This document shows positions 37,874-47,093 of a DNA stretch of 64,000 nucleotides, piece by piece. Made by a program: the position numbers and the translations under genes. This stretch comes from Frateuria sp. (GTDB lineage: Bacteria; Pseudomonadota; Gammaproteobacteria; Xanthomonadales; Rhodanobacteraceae): assembly GCF_035944355.1 (NCBI RefSeq), contig NZ_DASZBH010000016.1, positions 26,304 to 90,303 of the forward strand, written 5' to 3'. How positions within the stretch are numbered: the stretch's first letter is position 1; the number at the start of each line of letters is the position of its first letter. The notes beneath the pieces were generated by a model. The model had not been told where the DNA came from, did not search any database, and saw nothing but the letters and a program-made list of their open reading frames with translations.

Positions 37874-38575
37874 CTAGACGCCGCCGTAATACCCGCGCAT
37901 GGCATCGAGGTAGGCGTCCAGGTTGCGCCCCTCGCCCGCGGCGAAGCATTCGCCGGTCTCATCGAGCTGGTCGATGCGGTCGGGGCGGAAGTTGCGGAAG
38001 GCGCTGCGCAGGCGGCACCAGGTGCCGAGCGTCCACTTGCCGCCCCAGAAGGCCAGGCACAACGGCTCGACCTCGCGCGTGCTGGCCTGCCCGCCTTCGT
38101 CGCGGTAGACCAGCCGCAGGACCTGTTGCGCCTCGATGGCCGCGTGCAGGCGGTCGATCCGCGCGGCGAAGGCGAGCGCCATCTCGTCGCGGTAGACCGG
38201 CGCGTAGATACGCGTGCGCGCGGCGCGCTCGCGCAGTTCCGCCGGCAGCACCGCCTCGATCTTCATCAGCGCCGCCTGCGCGCCATCGGCCAGTCGCCCG
38301 CCGGCGAAGGCGCGCACGAAACGCGTGCCGACCACCAGCGATTCGAGTTCCTCGGCGGTGAACATCAGCGGCGGAATGTCCGCGCCCTTGCGCAGCACGT
38401 AGCCGACGCCGGCCTCGCCCTCGATCGGCACGCCGGAGAGCTGCAGGTCGGCCACGTCGCGGTAGACCGTGCGCAGCGACACGCCCAGCGTCTCCGCCAG
38501 CGAGCGCGCCTGCAGCGCGGTGCGGCGCCCGCGCAAGGCGTGGATGATGAGGAACAGGCGATCGGCGCGGCGCAT
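37874..38575 (-). CDS. YafY family transcriptional regulator (HTH + WYL domain)
   Basis: N-terminal HTH MRRADRLFLIIHALRGRRTALQARSLAETLGVSLRTVYRDVADL. WYL-type domain LRLVYRDEGGQASTREVEPLCLAFWGGKWTLGTWC. Confidence 0.85.
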   Translation of the reverse strand: MRRADRLFLIIHALRGRRTALQARSLAETLGVSLRTVYRDVADLQLSGVPIEGEAGVGYVLRKGADIPPLMFTAEELESLVVGTRFVRAFAGGRLADGAQAALMKIEAVLPAELRERAARTRIYAPVYRDEMALAFAARIDRLHAAIEAQQVLRLVYRDEGGQASTREVEPLCLAFWGGKWTLGTWCRLRSAFRNFRPDRIDQLDETGECFAAGEGRNLDAYLDAMRGYYGGV

Positions 38576-38632
38576 CCACGCATGATCGCCGAGGCGCGAT
38601 GCGCGAACCAGTGCAGCACCGCGCGGCCCCGC

Positions 38633-39259
38633 TCAAGGACGGCTGGCGAGGAACTGCGCATCCTTCGCCTCGGCGCGCTGCATCGCCGGGCGCGCGCGCA
38701 CGCGGTCGATGTACTGGCGCACCGGCGGCAGCTCGGGCACCAGCTTGAACATCGTGGTCCAGTGCAGCGCGGTGCCCCACAGCACGTCGGCGGCGCTGAA
38801 GCGTTCGCCGAGCAGCCAGGGCCCCGGCGTGAGCTGGGCGACGATCGCGTCCAGCACCTCCTGCCAGCTGCCGTAGGGCGACATCATGTGCGGCGGCGGG
38901 TCGCGCTGCATCGAGCGGTCCAGCAGCGCCGGCTCGAAGCACGAGCCGTAGAACACCATCCAGCGCAGGTACGGCCCGCGCAGCGGGTCGCCGATGGCAG
39001 GCGCCAGCCCCTTCTGCGGGTACAGGTCGGCCAGATACATCATCACGGCCGGCTGCTCGGTGACCATCGCCTCGCCGTGGCGGATCGCCGGCACCTTGCC
39101 CAGCGGGTTGAGCGCCAGGTAGGCCGGGTCGCGCTGGGTGCCGGCCTTCAGGTCGAGCAGGTGCAGGTCGTAGTCGACGCCCAGCTCCTCCAGCAGCGCC
39201 AGCGTGCCGCGCGAGCGCGACTGCGCGGCGTGGAAGAAGGTCACCTTCGGTACGTTCAT
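38633..39259 (-). CDS. glutathione S-transferase
   Basis: 208 codons from the tail of ORF 38633..40039 (MNVPKVTFFHAAQSRSRGTLALLEELGV...). Thioredoxin-like N-domain with LNPLGKVPAI. Helical C-domain. Confidence 0.85.
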   Translation of the reverse strand: MNVPKVTFFHAAQSRSRGTLALLEELGVDYDLHLLDLKAGTQRDPAYLALNPLGKVPAIRHGEAMVTEQPAVMMYLADLYPQKGLAPAIGDPLRGPYLRWMVFYGSCFEPALLDRSMQRDPPPHMMSPYGSWQEVLDAIVAQLTPGPWLLGERFSAADVLWGTALHWTTMFKLVPELPPVRQYIDRVRARPAMQRAEAKDAQFLASRP

Positions 39260-39270
39260 GGCATGGCCTC

Positions 39271-39675
39271 CTAGAGATAGCTGGTGATGGCCGGCGAGTT
39301 CATCCAGTGGTCGTGGCGCCCGTCGAAGTAGCGCACCGGCGCGTCGGCCAATTCCTGCGGGGTGGCGTCGTCCAGGCAGGCCAGATTGACGCTGACGAAG
39401 TCGCCGCCCAGCTGCTCCAGGTGCCCGGTACCGAACGGCTGGATGCCGCAGTGGCGGCAGAAGCGGTAGTGCATGCTGTGGGTGCCGAACTGGTAGTCGG
39501 CCAGCGCCGCCTCGCCTTCCAGCAAGCGGAACGCCTCCGGCCTGACGAGCGCGCCCCAGCGGCGCGTCTTGCCGCAGATCGAGCAGTTGCAGCAGCCGGT
39601 GCCGGCCGCCAGGTCGATGTCGGCGGCGAAGCGCACCGCGCCGCAGTGGCAACTGCCGTGGTAGGTCCTGGTCAT
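39271..39675 (-). CDS. GFA family protein (glutathione-dependent formaldehyde-activating / CENP-V-like zinc domain)
   Basis: Cys clusters [20 protein letters not shown]. Confidence 0.85.
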   Translation of the reverse strand: MTRTYHGSCHCGAVRFAADIDLAAGTGCCNCSICGKTRRWGALVRPEAFRLLEGEAALADYQFGTHSMHYRFCRHCGIQPFGTGHLEQLGGDFVSVNLACLDDATPQELADAPVRYFDGRHDHWMNSPAITSYL

Positions 39676-40409
39676 GCCGGCTCCTTGCGCATGGCGTCGG
39701 AAGGGGTGCCGCGCAGCAGCGAGCGCGGCGTGGGCGCCAGACGCAGGATCTCCGGCCTCGCGTCAAGGCGATGGATCCAGGCGGCGACCGCCGGCTCCGC
39801 CGCCGCCGCGCCCTGGAACCGCACCTGCGCCGCGGCGTCGGCGAAGGCGGCGAACCAGACGAACACGCACTCGCCCTCGCGCACCGGCAGGCGCGGGTAG
39901 GTGTTGCGCGCCGGCTCGGTGATCCATTGCGCCAGCACCGTTGCGCCGAGCCGTTCCAGCGCCGGCCGCACCTCGACGTCGAAGCGGCGCGCGAGCACGG
40001 CGGCATCGCCCGGCGGCAGCGGGCAGATCGTGGCGGCAAGCAGGCCGGCGGGGGCGCGTTCGCCCGCCGGCGGCCGGCTCAGCCCGTCGAGCGCAAAGCC
40101 GTGGACCGGGCGCAGCAGCAGGACGTCGTCGGAATCGACCATGGTGGCGTTGGCCGCCTCGCGGTGCGCGCGCCAGACCGGGCCGTCATAGAACGCGGCC
40201 AGCGCGGCGGCGCGCGATTCCATGTCCTGGAAGCTGCGCAGCCAGACGAAGCGGTTCGCATCGTCCAGATCGCGGAACTGGCCGGGCAGACCGATGCCGA
40301 GCGCTTCCTGCGATTCGACGAACTCGCGCTCGAACAGCTCCACCAGACGCTCGCGCTGGCCGGGGCGCAGCGTGTACTGGCGCAGTTCCAGCAGGCCGTG
40401 TGCGTTCAT
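39672..40409 (-). CDS. NIPSNAP family protein (two NIPSNAP-like halves)
   Basis: [30 protein letters not shown]...[13 protein letters not shown] pattern. Its stop overlaps the GFA start (ATGA). Confidence 0.78.
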   Translation of the reverse strand: MNAHGLLELRQYTLRPGQRERLVELFEREFVESQEALGIGLPGQFRDLDDANRFVWLRSFQDMESRAAALAAFYDGPVWRAHREAANATMVDSDDVLLLRPVHGFALDGLSRPPAGERAPAGLLAATICPLPPGDAAVLARRFDVEVRPALERLGATVLAQWITEPARNTYPRLPVREGECVFVWFAAFADAAAQVRFQGAAAAEPAVAAWIHRLDARPEILRLAPTPRSLLRGTPSDAMRKEPA

Positions 40410-40570
40410 GGGCGCCGCCCGAACAGAGCGGCGGCCAGCGCCAGCAGGCTCATGCGCCAGCGTGGCCGCGCCTGCGAGACCGGCGGCAGTGCATGCGGCC
40501 CTTCGACCAGCCGGTTGCGCCCGGCCAGCGGACGGTAGGCGTAGGCGACCTGATGGAGGAGCGGATGCAT
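40406..40570 (-). CDS. possible 54-aa small protein
   Basis: ATG at 40570 preceded by GAGGAGG. Its stop overlaps the NIPSNAP start (ATGA). Sequence [54 protein letters not shown]. No recognised family. Confidence 0.3.
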   Translation of the reverse strand: MHPLLHQVAYAYRPLAGRNRLVEGPHALPPVSQARPRWRMSLLALAAALFGRRP

Positions 40571-40581
40571 GGTCGCCCTCC

Positions 40582-41190
40582 TCACGCCGCGGCCGCTTCG
40601 CCGACGCACCACGGCGGCAGCTGGGCGTGCTTGAACAGGCGGTACCAATGTTCGCGGTCGGCCGGGCCGTAGAGCTCCAGGGTGCGGATCACCTCGCGCG
40701 CGAAGTCCACGCTGCCCAGGTGGCTGGCGGTGATCGTGCCGCCGTCGCTGACCGCCAGCACCGAGGCGTCGTACTGCGTGCTGCCGCCGTAGCCGGGCAC
40801 CTGGCCGTCGATGTGGCCGGCCCAGTTGCCGGTGTGGCGGCAATGCTCGAGCAGGCCGGCGCGGGCGAGCGCGAGCACGCCCGAGTCGATGCCGGCGGCG
40901 ACCGCGCCGGCGCCATGCAGCTGGCGGATCGCCGCCACCGCCGCCGCGCCCTCGCCACGCTGCCACAGGTGACCGCCGGGCACGATCACCAGGGCCGCGC
41001 GGCCGAAGTCCAGCTCGGCCAGGCTCAGCTGCGGCTGCACCGCCAGGCCGCCCATCGAGACCACCGGCGCGCGGGTGAACCCCACCGTCGCCACCTGCCA
41101 GTCGCCCGGCCGGCGCACCTCGCACAGCGCCAGTGCCGCCTGCCAATCCGCAAAGCCGTCGAACACCAGGAAATAGACCGTGTCACGCAT
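40582..41190 (-). CDS. DJ-1/PfpI (class I glutamine amidotransferase-like) family protein lacking the nucleophile Cys
   Basis: ORF trimmed to the ATG at 41190 (MRDTVYFLVFDGFADWQ...). Family pattern ALVIVPGG...AAGIDSGVLALARAGLL, with Asp-Ser where the nucleophile-elbow Cys normally sits. Confidence 0.78.
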   Translation of the reverse strand: MRDTVYFLVFDGFADWQAALALCEVRRPGDWQVATVGFTRAPVVSMGGLAVQPQLSLAELDFGRAALVIVPGGHLWQRGEGAAAVAAIRQLHGAGAVAAGIDSGVLALARAGLLEHCRHTGNWAGHIDGQVPGYGGSTQYDASVLAVSDGGTITASHLGSVDFAREVIRTLELYGPADREHWYRLFKHAQLPPWCVGEAAAA

Positions 41191-41396
41191 CGCCGCTGCC
41201 TCCGTTGCAAGGCGTACAGGATGGAACGGGGCTGCTGCCAACGTGATGTCAGCAGTGGGGCAAGGGGAAGACTGCAGAACGAACGGCCTCCCCTACCCAC
41301 CTCGGCGGGGCCGGGGAGAAAGGACGCAGAAGCACGCCGGGTCGCCATTCACGCGCGCCCCGTAGAATGCGCGTTCCTTCCTGCCACGGACCCGAC

Positions 41397-42413
41397 ATGA
41401 AGCCTGTCTCGCTGATCCAGTTCCTGATCGAGGAACGCCGTGCCGGCCGCATCAATGCCGAGCTTTCGCTGCTGATCGAGGTGGTCGCGCGCGCCTGCAA
41501 GCGCATCGCGGTAGCCACCAGCAAGGGCGCGCTGGGCGGCGTGCTGGGCAACGCCGGCAGTGACAACGTGCAGGGCGAGGCGCAGAAGAAGCTGGACGTG
41601 ATCTCCAACGAGATCCTGCTGGAAGCCAACGCCTGGGGCGGCCATCTGGCCGCCTGCGCCTCGGAGGAGATGGAGGATCCGCAGCCGATCCCCGACATGT
41701 ATCCCAAGGGCAACCACCTGCTGCTGTTCGATCCGCTGGACGGGTCCTCCAACATCGACGTCAACATCTCGGTCGGCACCATCTTCTCGGTGCTGCGCTG
41801 CCCCGAGCACGTCACCGAACCGAAGGTCGAGGACTTCCTGCAACCGGGCACGCAGCAGCTGGCCGCCGGCTACGTGGTGTACGGGCCGGCCACGCTGCTG
41901 GTGCTGACCTTCGGCCACGGCACGCACGAGTTCACGCTGGACCGCGAGGTCGGCAGCTTCATGCTAAGCCGGCGCGACATCCGCATTCCGGCCGAGACCG
42001 CCGAGTTCGCCATCAACATGTCCAACCAGCGCCACTGGGAGGCGCCGATGCAGCGCTACGTGGGCGAACTGCTGGCCGGCAAGGAAGGCCCCAGGGCCAA
42101 GGACTTCAACATGCGCTGGGTCGCCTCGATGGTGGCCGACGTGCACCGCATCGTGACCCGCGGCGGCGTGTTCTTCTACCCGCTGGACGCCAAGATCAAG
42201 GCCAAGGGCGGCAAGCTGCGGCTGATGTACGAGGCCAACCCGATGGCCTTCATCGTCGAGCAGGCCGGCGGCGCGGCCACCACCGGCCGCGAGCGCATCC
42301 TGGAGATCCAGCCGGCCGGCCTGCACCAGCGCGTGCCGGTGTTCCTGGGCTCCAGGGCCGAGGTCGAGGTGGCTACGCGCTACCACCGCGAGGCCGACGT
42401 CGCCCACGCCTGA
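41397..42413 (+). CDS. fbp: class 1 fructose-1,6-bisphosphatase
   Basis: ATG at 41397 ([17 protein letters not shown]...). FBPase motifs [44 protein letters not shown]. Confidence 0.95.
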   Translation: MKPVSLIQFLIEERRAGRINAELSLLIEVVARACKRIAVATSKGALGGVLGNAGSDNVQGEAQKKLDVISNEILLEANAWGGHLAACASEEMEDPQPIPDMYPKGNHLLLFDPLDGSSNIDVNISVGTIFSVLRCPEHVTEPKVEDFLQPGTQQLAAGYVVYGPATLLVLTFGHGTHEFTLDREVGSFMLSRRDIRIPAETAEFAINMSNQRHWEAPMQRYVGELLAGKEGPRAKDFNMRWVASMVADVHRIVTRGGVFFYPLDAKIKAKGGKLRLMYEANPMAFIVEQAGGAATTGRERILEIQPAGLHQRVPVFLGSRAEVEVATRYHREADVAHA

Positions 42414-42543
42414 TCACACGTGGACTGATCACGCATGGCCTGACCGCGCGCGGCCGTTGCCTCGGCCCCGGCCGGGCCCTGCCCCGCCGCTGCCCTCGTC
42501 CTGACCCACGCTTGCGTCTGCCCCCGAAAGAAACGCTCCGGCC

Positions 42544-43440
42544 ATGCGCGCCCGCTCCCTGCTCCTGCTGCTCACCCTCGCCCTGGCCGGCTGCGCCCCC
42601 TGGCGCAAGCCGCCGCCGGCCCCGGCGCCACCGCCGCCGCGCAAGCTGGTGATCGGCCTGGCGTTGGGCGGCGGGGCGGCCAAGGGTTTCGCGCACATCG
42701 GCGTGATAAAGATGCTGGAGGCCAGCGACATCCATCCGGACGTGGTTTCCGGCACCAGCGCCGGCAGCGTGGTCGGCGCGCTCTACGCCAGCGGCATGGA
42801 CGCCTTCGCGATGCAGCAGGCGGCCATCGCGCTGGACCAAGCCTCGCTGCGCGACGTGCGCCTGTTCGGCGGCGGGCTGGTGCAGGGGCGGAAGCTGCAG
42901 GACTACATCGACGCCCAGGTCCGCCAGCGGCCGATCGAACGGCTCAGGCTGCCCTTCGCCGCCGTGGCCACCGACCTGGCCAGCGGCCAGCGCACCGTGT
43001 TCACCCGTGGCGACACCGGCCAGGCGGTGCGCGCCTCGTGCAGCGTGCCCGGGGTGTTCGAACCGGCGCTGATCGGCGGCCGGCGCTACGTCGACGGCGG
43101 CGTGGTCAGCCCGGTGCCGGTCGACGCCGCGCGCCAGCTGGGCGCGGACTTCGTGATCGCGGTGGACATCTCCGCCCGCTCCGATGGCTCGCTGCCGACC
43201 GACATGCTGGGCATCGTCGGCCGCTCGGTGGTGATCATGGGCCAGCACCTGGGCGCGCAGGAGCTGGCGCGGGCCGACGTGGTGGTGCAGCCGCAGGTCA
43301 ACGCGATCGGCGCTGCCGATTTCGAACAGCGCGACCGCGCCATCATGGAGGGCGAGCGGGCGACGCTAGCGGCGATCCCACTGATTCGCGCGCGCCTGGC
43401 CGCCGCGCAACGGATGCCCGCCGCGGTCGCCACGCACTAG
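42544..43440 (+). CDS. patatin-like phospholipase lipoprotein (RssA-like)
   Basis: Lipobox LALAGC. Oxyanion GGGAAKGFAHIGV, nucleophile GTSAGS, catalytic DGG (YVDGGVVSP). Confidence 0.9.
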   Translation: MRARSLLLLLTLALAGCAPWRKPPPAPAPPPPRKLVIGLALGGGAAKGFAHIGVIKMLEASDIHPDVVSGTSAGSVVGALYASGMDAFAMQQAAIALDQASLRDVRLFGGGLVQGRKLQDYIDAQVRQRPIERLRLPFAAVATDLASGQRTVFTRGDTGQAVRASCSVPGVFEPALIGGRRYVDGGVVSPVPVDAARQLGADFVIAVDISARSDGSLPTDMLGIVGRSVVIMGQHLGAQELARADVVVQPQVNAIGAADFEQRDRAIMEGERATLAAIPLIRARLAAAQRMPAAVATH

Positions 43441-43545
43441 CCGACGCCTGGGACGCTCGGCCCGCACGACAGCCTGTGACCGGCTGCACTTGGGCGGACG
43501 CGCCGGCGCTGCTAGCGTGGCTGTCCCCTTGCACGAGGCTCTTCC

Positions 43546-45588
43546 ATGCACTCCTGTCCCCGTCTGTTGCCGCTGCTCGCCCTGGCCCTCGCCCCACTCG
43601 CGCTGGCCCCGCAGGCCATGGCCGCGCCTTCCCGGGTCGACCCGCGCATCAGCCAGTTGCTCGACCAGCTGGGCAAGGTGCGGGCCATCGACCAGGTGCA
43701 GCTTTCGCCCGACGGCCAGCGGCTGGCCTGGGTAGTGCGCGGCCAGGGCAAGCCCGCCATCGAAATCGCGCGCGCCGACGGCAGCGATGCGCATCCGCTG
43801 GCGATGGGGAACAAACCCGGCAGCTGCCGGCAGGAAGAGATCGCCTGGTCGCCGGATTCGCGCCGGCTGGCCTTTCTTTCCGACTGCGGCGGTACGCCCG
43901 GCCACCTGGACGTCTACACGGCCGATATCGGCACCGGCGGCGCTCCGCGCCGGCTGGCCGACCTCGACGGCTACGCCCACGCGCTGAGCTGGTCGGCCGA
44001 CGGCCGTACGCTGGCCTTCCTCTACGTGGAAGGCGCCACCCGCCGCGCCAGCGCGGTCGCCGCCGCCAAGCCGGCCGCCGGCGAAGTGGGCGTGGAAGGC
44101 CTGGAGATCCAGCGCGTCGCCACCGTCCCGGCCACCGGCGGCGCGCCCACCCTGGCGACGCCCGCCGGCCAGTACGTCTACGAGTTCAGCTGGTCGCCCG
44201 ACGCGCGCCGCTTTGCCTACGTCGCGGCGCCGGCTCCCGGCGACAACAACTGGTGGATCGCCAGGCTCTACGCGCAGGACGCCCGCGCCGGGGCCGCGCC
44301 CCGCGTACTGGTGGACCCGGGCAAGGTCGCCGGCCCGCTGCACGGACTGCAGATCGCGCTGCCGCGCTGGTCGCCGGACGGCAGCCGGCTGGCCTTCATC
44401 GGCGGCCTGATGAGCGACCAGGGCTCGACCGGCGGCGATCTGTACGCGGTGCCGGCCGCGGGCGGCGCCCCGGTGGACCTGACACCCGGCATCCACGTCA
44501 CGCCGGCCTGGTTCGACTGGACCTCGCCGCGCACGCTGCTGGTGAGCCAGGTCAGCAACGGCCAGAGCCAGCTGGCCGACTACGCGGTCGACGCCGTGCG
44601 CGCCACGCAGCAGCGCGTGCACTTCACCCTGCCGGCGAGCATCGGCGACGGCGGCGCCTCGATGGCGGTGTCGCTTTCGGCCGACCACCGGCAGGTCGCC
44701 TTCGCGCAGAGCTCCTACACGGCGGCGCCCGAAGTGCATGCAGGGGTGCTCGCCCAGGGCGCGCCGGCGGCGGTCACCAGGGTCAACGCGGCGCTACGCC
44801 CGAGCTGGGGCAAGGCCGAATCGGTCGAGTGGGACCACGACGGCCGCCACGTGCAGGGCTGGCTGCTGTATCCGGCCGGCTACGATCCGGCCAAGCGCTA
44901 CCCGATGATCGTCAGCGTGCACGGCGGTCCGGCCGCGGCGGTGATCCCGCGCTGGCCGGGCGTGGGCTACGGCAGCGTGCCGTTCTCCACGCTGGGCTAC
45001 TTCGTCTTCATGCCCAACCCGCGCGGCAGCTTTGGCCAGGGTGAGGCCTACGTGCAGGCCAACCGCAAGGACTTCGGCCACGGCGACCTGTCGGACATCC
45101 TCGCCGGCGTCGACGCGATCGAGAAGAAGCTGCCGGTCGACGACCAGCGCCTGGGATTGACCGGCTGGAGCTACGGCGGCTTCATGAGCATGTTCGTGCC
45201 CACCCAGACCCAGCGCTTCCATGCGGTGGTGGCCGGCGCCGGCATCGCCAACTGGCAGAGCTATTACGGCGAAAACCTGATCGACCAGTGGATGATCCCG
45301 TACTTCGGCGCCTCGGTTTACGACGACCCGGCGGTGTACGCCAAGAGCTCGGCGATCGACTTCATCAAGCGGGTGAAGACGCCCACGCTGGTGGTGGTCG
45401 GCGACCGCGACGCCGAATGCCCGGCGCCGCAGTCGTTCGAGTTCTGGCACGCCCTGCGCGCCCAGGGCGTGCCGACCTCGCTGGTGGTCTATCCGAACGA
45501 GGGCCACCACTTCGTCGACCCGGCGCACCAGCGCGACGTGCTGCAGCGCGCGCTCGAGTGGTTCGGCAAGTATCTGCCGGCCGGCTGA
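43546..45588 (+). CDS. S9 family serine peptidase (PD40 beta-propeller + prolyl oligopeptidase catalytic domain)
   Basis: Signal peptide. N-terminal PD40-type repeats (WSPDSRRLAFLSD, WSADGRTLAF, WSPDGSRLAF). Catalytic GWSYGGFM, plus Asp (GDRDAECP) and His (NEGHHF). Confidence 0.9.
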   Translation: MHSCPRLLPLLALALAPLALAPQAMAAPSRVDPRISQLLDQLGKVRAIDQVQLSPDGQRLAWVVRGQGKPAIEIARADGSDAHPLAMGNKPGSCRQEEIAWSPDSRRLAFLSDCGGTPGHLDVYTADIGTGGAPRRLADLDGYAHALSWSADGRTLAFLYVEGATRRASAVAAAKPAAGEVGVEGLEIQRVATVPATGGAPTLATPAGQYVYEFSWSPDARRFAYVAAPAPGDNNWWIARLYAQDARAGAAPRVLVDPGKVAGPLHGLQIALPRWSPDGSRLAFIGGLMSDQGSTGGDLYAVPAAGGAPVDLTPGIHVTPAWFDWTSPRTLLVSQVSNGQSQLADYAVDAVRATQQRVHFTLPASIGDGGASMAVSLSADHRQVAFAQSSYTAAPEVHAGVLAQGAPAAVTRVNAALRPSWGKAESVEWDHDGRHVQGWLLYPAGYDPAKRYPMIVSVHGGPAAAVIPRWPGVGYGSVPFSTLGYFVFMPNPRGSFGQGEAYVQANRKDFGHGDLSDILAGVDAIEKKLPVDDQRLGLTGWSYGGFMSMFVPTQTQRFHAVVAGAGIANWQSYYGENLIDQWMIPYFGASVYDDPAVYAKSSAIDFIKRVKTPTLVVVGDRDAECPAPQSFEFWHALRAQGVPTSLVVYPNEGHHFVDPAHQRDVLQRALEWFGKYLPAG

Positions 45589-45597
45589 CGCGGTTCG

Positions 45598-45777
45598 CTA
45601 GCGCGGCGGCGGATCCCGCCGCTGCGTGTGCTTGACCGCGCCCAGGATGCCCAGTCCGAACACCACGATCACGCCGGCGCCGATCCACTGCAGCGGCACG
45701 TGCACCAGCCAGGCCACGTAGGCCAGGCCGCCGATCAGCACGATGACGCCGATCAGGTAGAGCGAGAACGAGGACAT
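45598..45777 (-). CDS. small two-TM membrane protein (59 aa)
   Basis: ATG at 45777 preceded by GGAGG. Sequence MSSFSLYLIGVIVLIGGLAYVAWLVHVPLQWIGAGVIVVFGLGILGAVKHTQRRDPPPR. Divergent from the GntR operon. Confidence 0.5.
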   Translation of the reverse strand: MSSFSLYLIGVIVLIGGLAYVAWLVHVPLQWIGAGVIVVFGLGILGAVKHTQRRDPPPR

Positions 45778-45895
45778 GGCGGCCTCCGTGCAAACGTCGC
45801 GGAGGCAAAGCAAACCGGCTGCGTGATCAGCGGCGCGTGAACGGCCGGGAAAGCGCGCCTTCCCGGCCTGGACCGACAGTCATGCTTGACGTAGG

Positions 45896-45925
45896 CCATG
45901 TGTATTGATGTACTGATACACATGG
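45896..45925. promoter_or_regulatory. perfect 10-bp inverted repeat, a candidate YtrA/GntR operator overlapping the regulator start codon
   Basis: CCATGTGTAT-TGATGTACTG-ATACACATGG in an AT-rich island within GC-rich DNA. The spacer carries the direct repeat GTAtTGAT/GTAcTGAT. TTGACG (45886-45891), 17 nt, then TGTACT could form a sigma70 promoter that gives a near-leaderless mRNA. Confidence 0.5.
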
Positions 45926-46308
45926 ACGCATCGCTGCTCGTCATCCAACCCGCCTCGGCCGAGCCGATCTACCGGCAGATCGTCGGGCAGCTGCGCCGGC
46001 TGATCGCCAGCGGCCAGCTGGCGGTGGGCGAATTGCTGCCCTCGGTGCGCGAAGTGGCCGGCTTCCACGCGGTCAACCCGATGACCGTGTCGCGCGCCTA
46101 CAGCCTGGCCGAGACCGAGGGCCTGCTCGAGCGCCTGCGCGGCAAGGGCATGGTGGTGGCGGCCGGCCAGCGCGCCGCGCACAGCCAGAGCCAGCGCCTG
46201 GCCCTGCTGGAGCCGCAGCTGCTGGCGCTGGCGCGCCACGCGCAGGAGCTGGAACTGCCCGCCGAGCCGGTCCTGCGCCGGCTCGGCAAGCTGCTGGGGG
46301 AACGCTGA
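45922..46308 (+). CDS. GntR family transcriptional regulator, YtrA subfamily (short C-terminus)
   Basis: ATG at 45922. wHTH PIYRQIVGQLRRLIASGQLAVGELLPSVREVAGFHAVNPMTVSRAYSLAETEGLLERLRGKGMVV followed by only ~50 helical residues. Confidence 0.85.
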   Translation: MDASLLVIQPASAEPIYRQIVGQLRRLIASGQLAVGELLPSVREVAGFHAVNPMTVSRAYSLAETEGLLERLRGKGMVVAAGQRAAHSQSQRLALLEPQLLALARHAQELELPAEPVLRRLGKLLGER

Positions 46309-47093
46309 TGAACCTGGCGCAGATCGCCGCCTTCGTGCTGGTGGCCTGGCTGCTGCTGGGCGAGCCGCTGTTCGGACACCGCTCGCACCGGCGCCTGCTG
46401 GCCGCGCTCGATGCCGGCCGGCCCAAGGCCCGGCTGCGCTTCTACCGCCAATGGACCTGGCAGGCCTGGCTGCTCGCCGGCATCACCACGGCGGTGGTGC
46501 TGGCCCAAGGCTGGTCGCTGGAGCAGGTCGGCCTGCGCCTGCCGGCAGCGCCCGCCGGCGTGAGCCGGGATTTCATCGACGGCCTGGTCGGCGCGCTGGT
46601 CGCAGGCATGGCGCTCGGCGTGGGCTTCGCGCGCCGCCGGCGCAACGCAACGGCGCAGCCATCCACTCCGCGTGTGGCCGGCGGCGACAAGGTGCTGCGC
46701 ATGCTGCCGCGCACCGGCACCGAACGCTGGGGTTTCGCCGCGCTGGCGGTGACCGCCGGGCTGACCGAGGAATGGATCTGGCGCGGCTTCGGCGCCGCCG
46801 CCCTGCACGCGGCCTGGCCGCATGCTCCGCTCGCGGCCAGCGTGCTGGTGCTGGCGTTCGCCTTCGGCTGGGCGCACGTGTACCAAGGTCTCTCGGGCGT
46901 GCTGGCCACCGGCGTGCTCGGCGCGCTGCTGGCCTGGCTCTATCTCGGCACCGGCAGCCTGCTGCTGCCGATGCTGCTGCACGTGCTCATCGACCTGCGC
47001 GCGCTGCTGGTGCCGGTGGAGGCCGGCACGGTGGCGGACGCGCTTCACGCAACGGACGCAAAGACGTCCATCCAGGATCGGGGAAATCCATGA
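46308..47093 (+). CDS. CPBP family intramembrane glutamic endopeptidase (CAAX protease/Abi)
   Basis: Its start overlaps the GntR stop (TGATG). Motif 1 EEWIWRGF (EExxxR), motif 2 FGWAH (FxxxH), motif 3 HVLID (HxxxD/N). Multi-TM. Confidence 0.85.
   Translation: MNLAQIAAFVLVAWLLLGEPLFGHRSHRRLLAALDAGRPKARLRFYRQWTWQAWLLAGITTAVVLAQGWSLEQVGLRLPAAPAGVSRDFIDGLVGALVAGMALGVGFARRRRNATAQPSTPRVAGGDKVLRMLPRTGTERWGFAALAVTAGLTEEWIWRGFGAAALHAAWPHAPLAASVLVLAFAFGWAHVYQGLSGVLATGVLGALLAWLYLGTGSLLLPMLLHVLIDLRALLVPVEAGTVADALHATDAKTSIQDRGNP

Noticed and set aside
42400-42440. Repeated CTGATCAC motifs just after the fbp stop
   Set aside because: Only two 8-bp copies plus a degenerate third. This is too short to tell from chance, and it shows no clear hairpin or known site.
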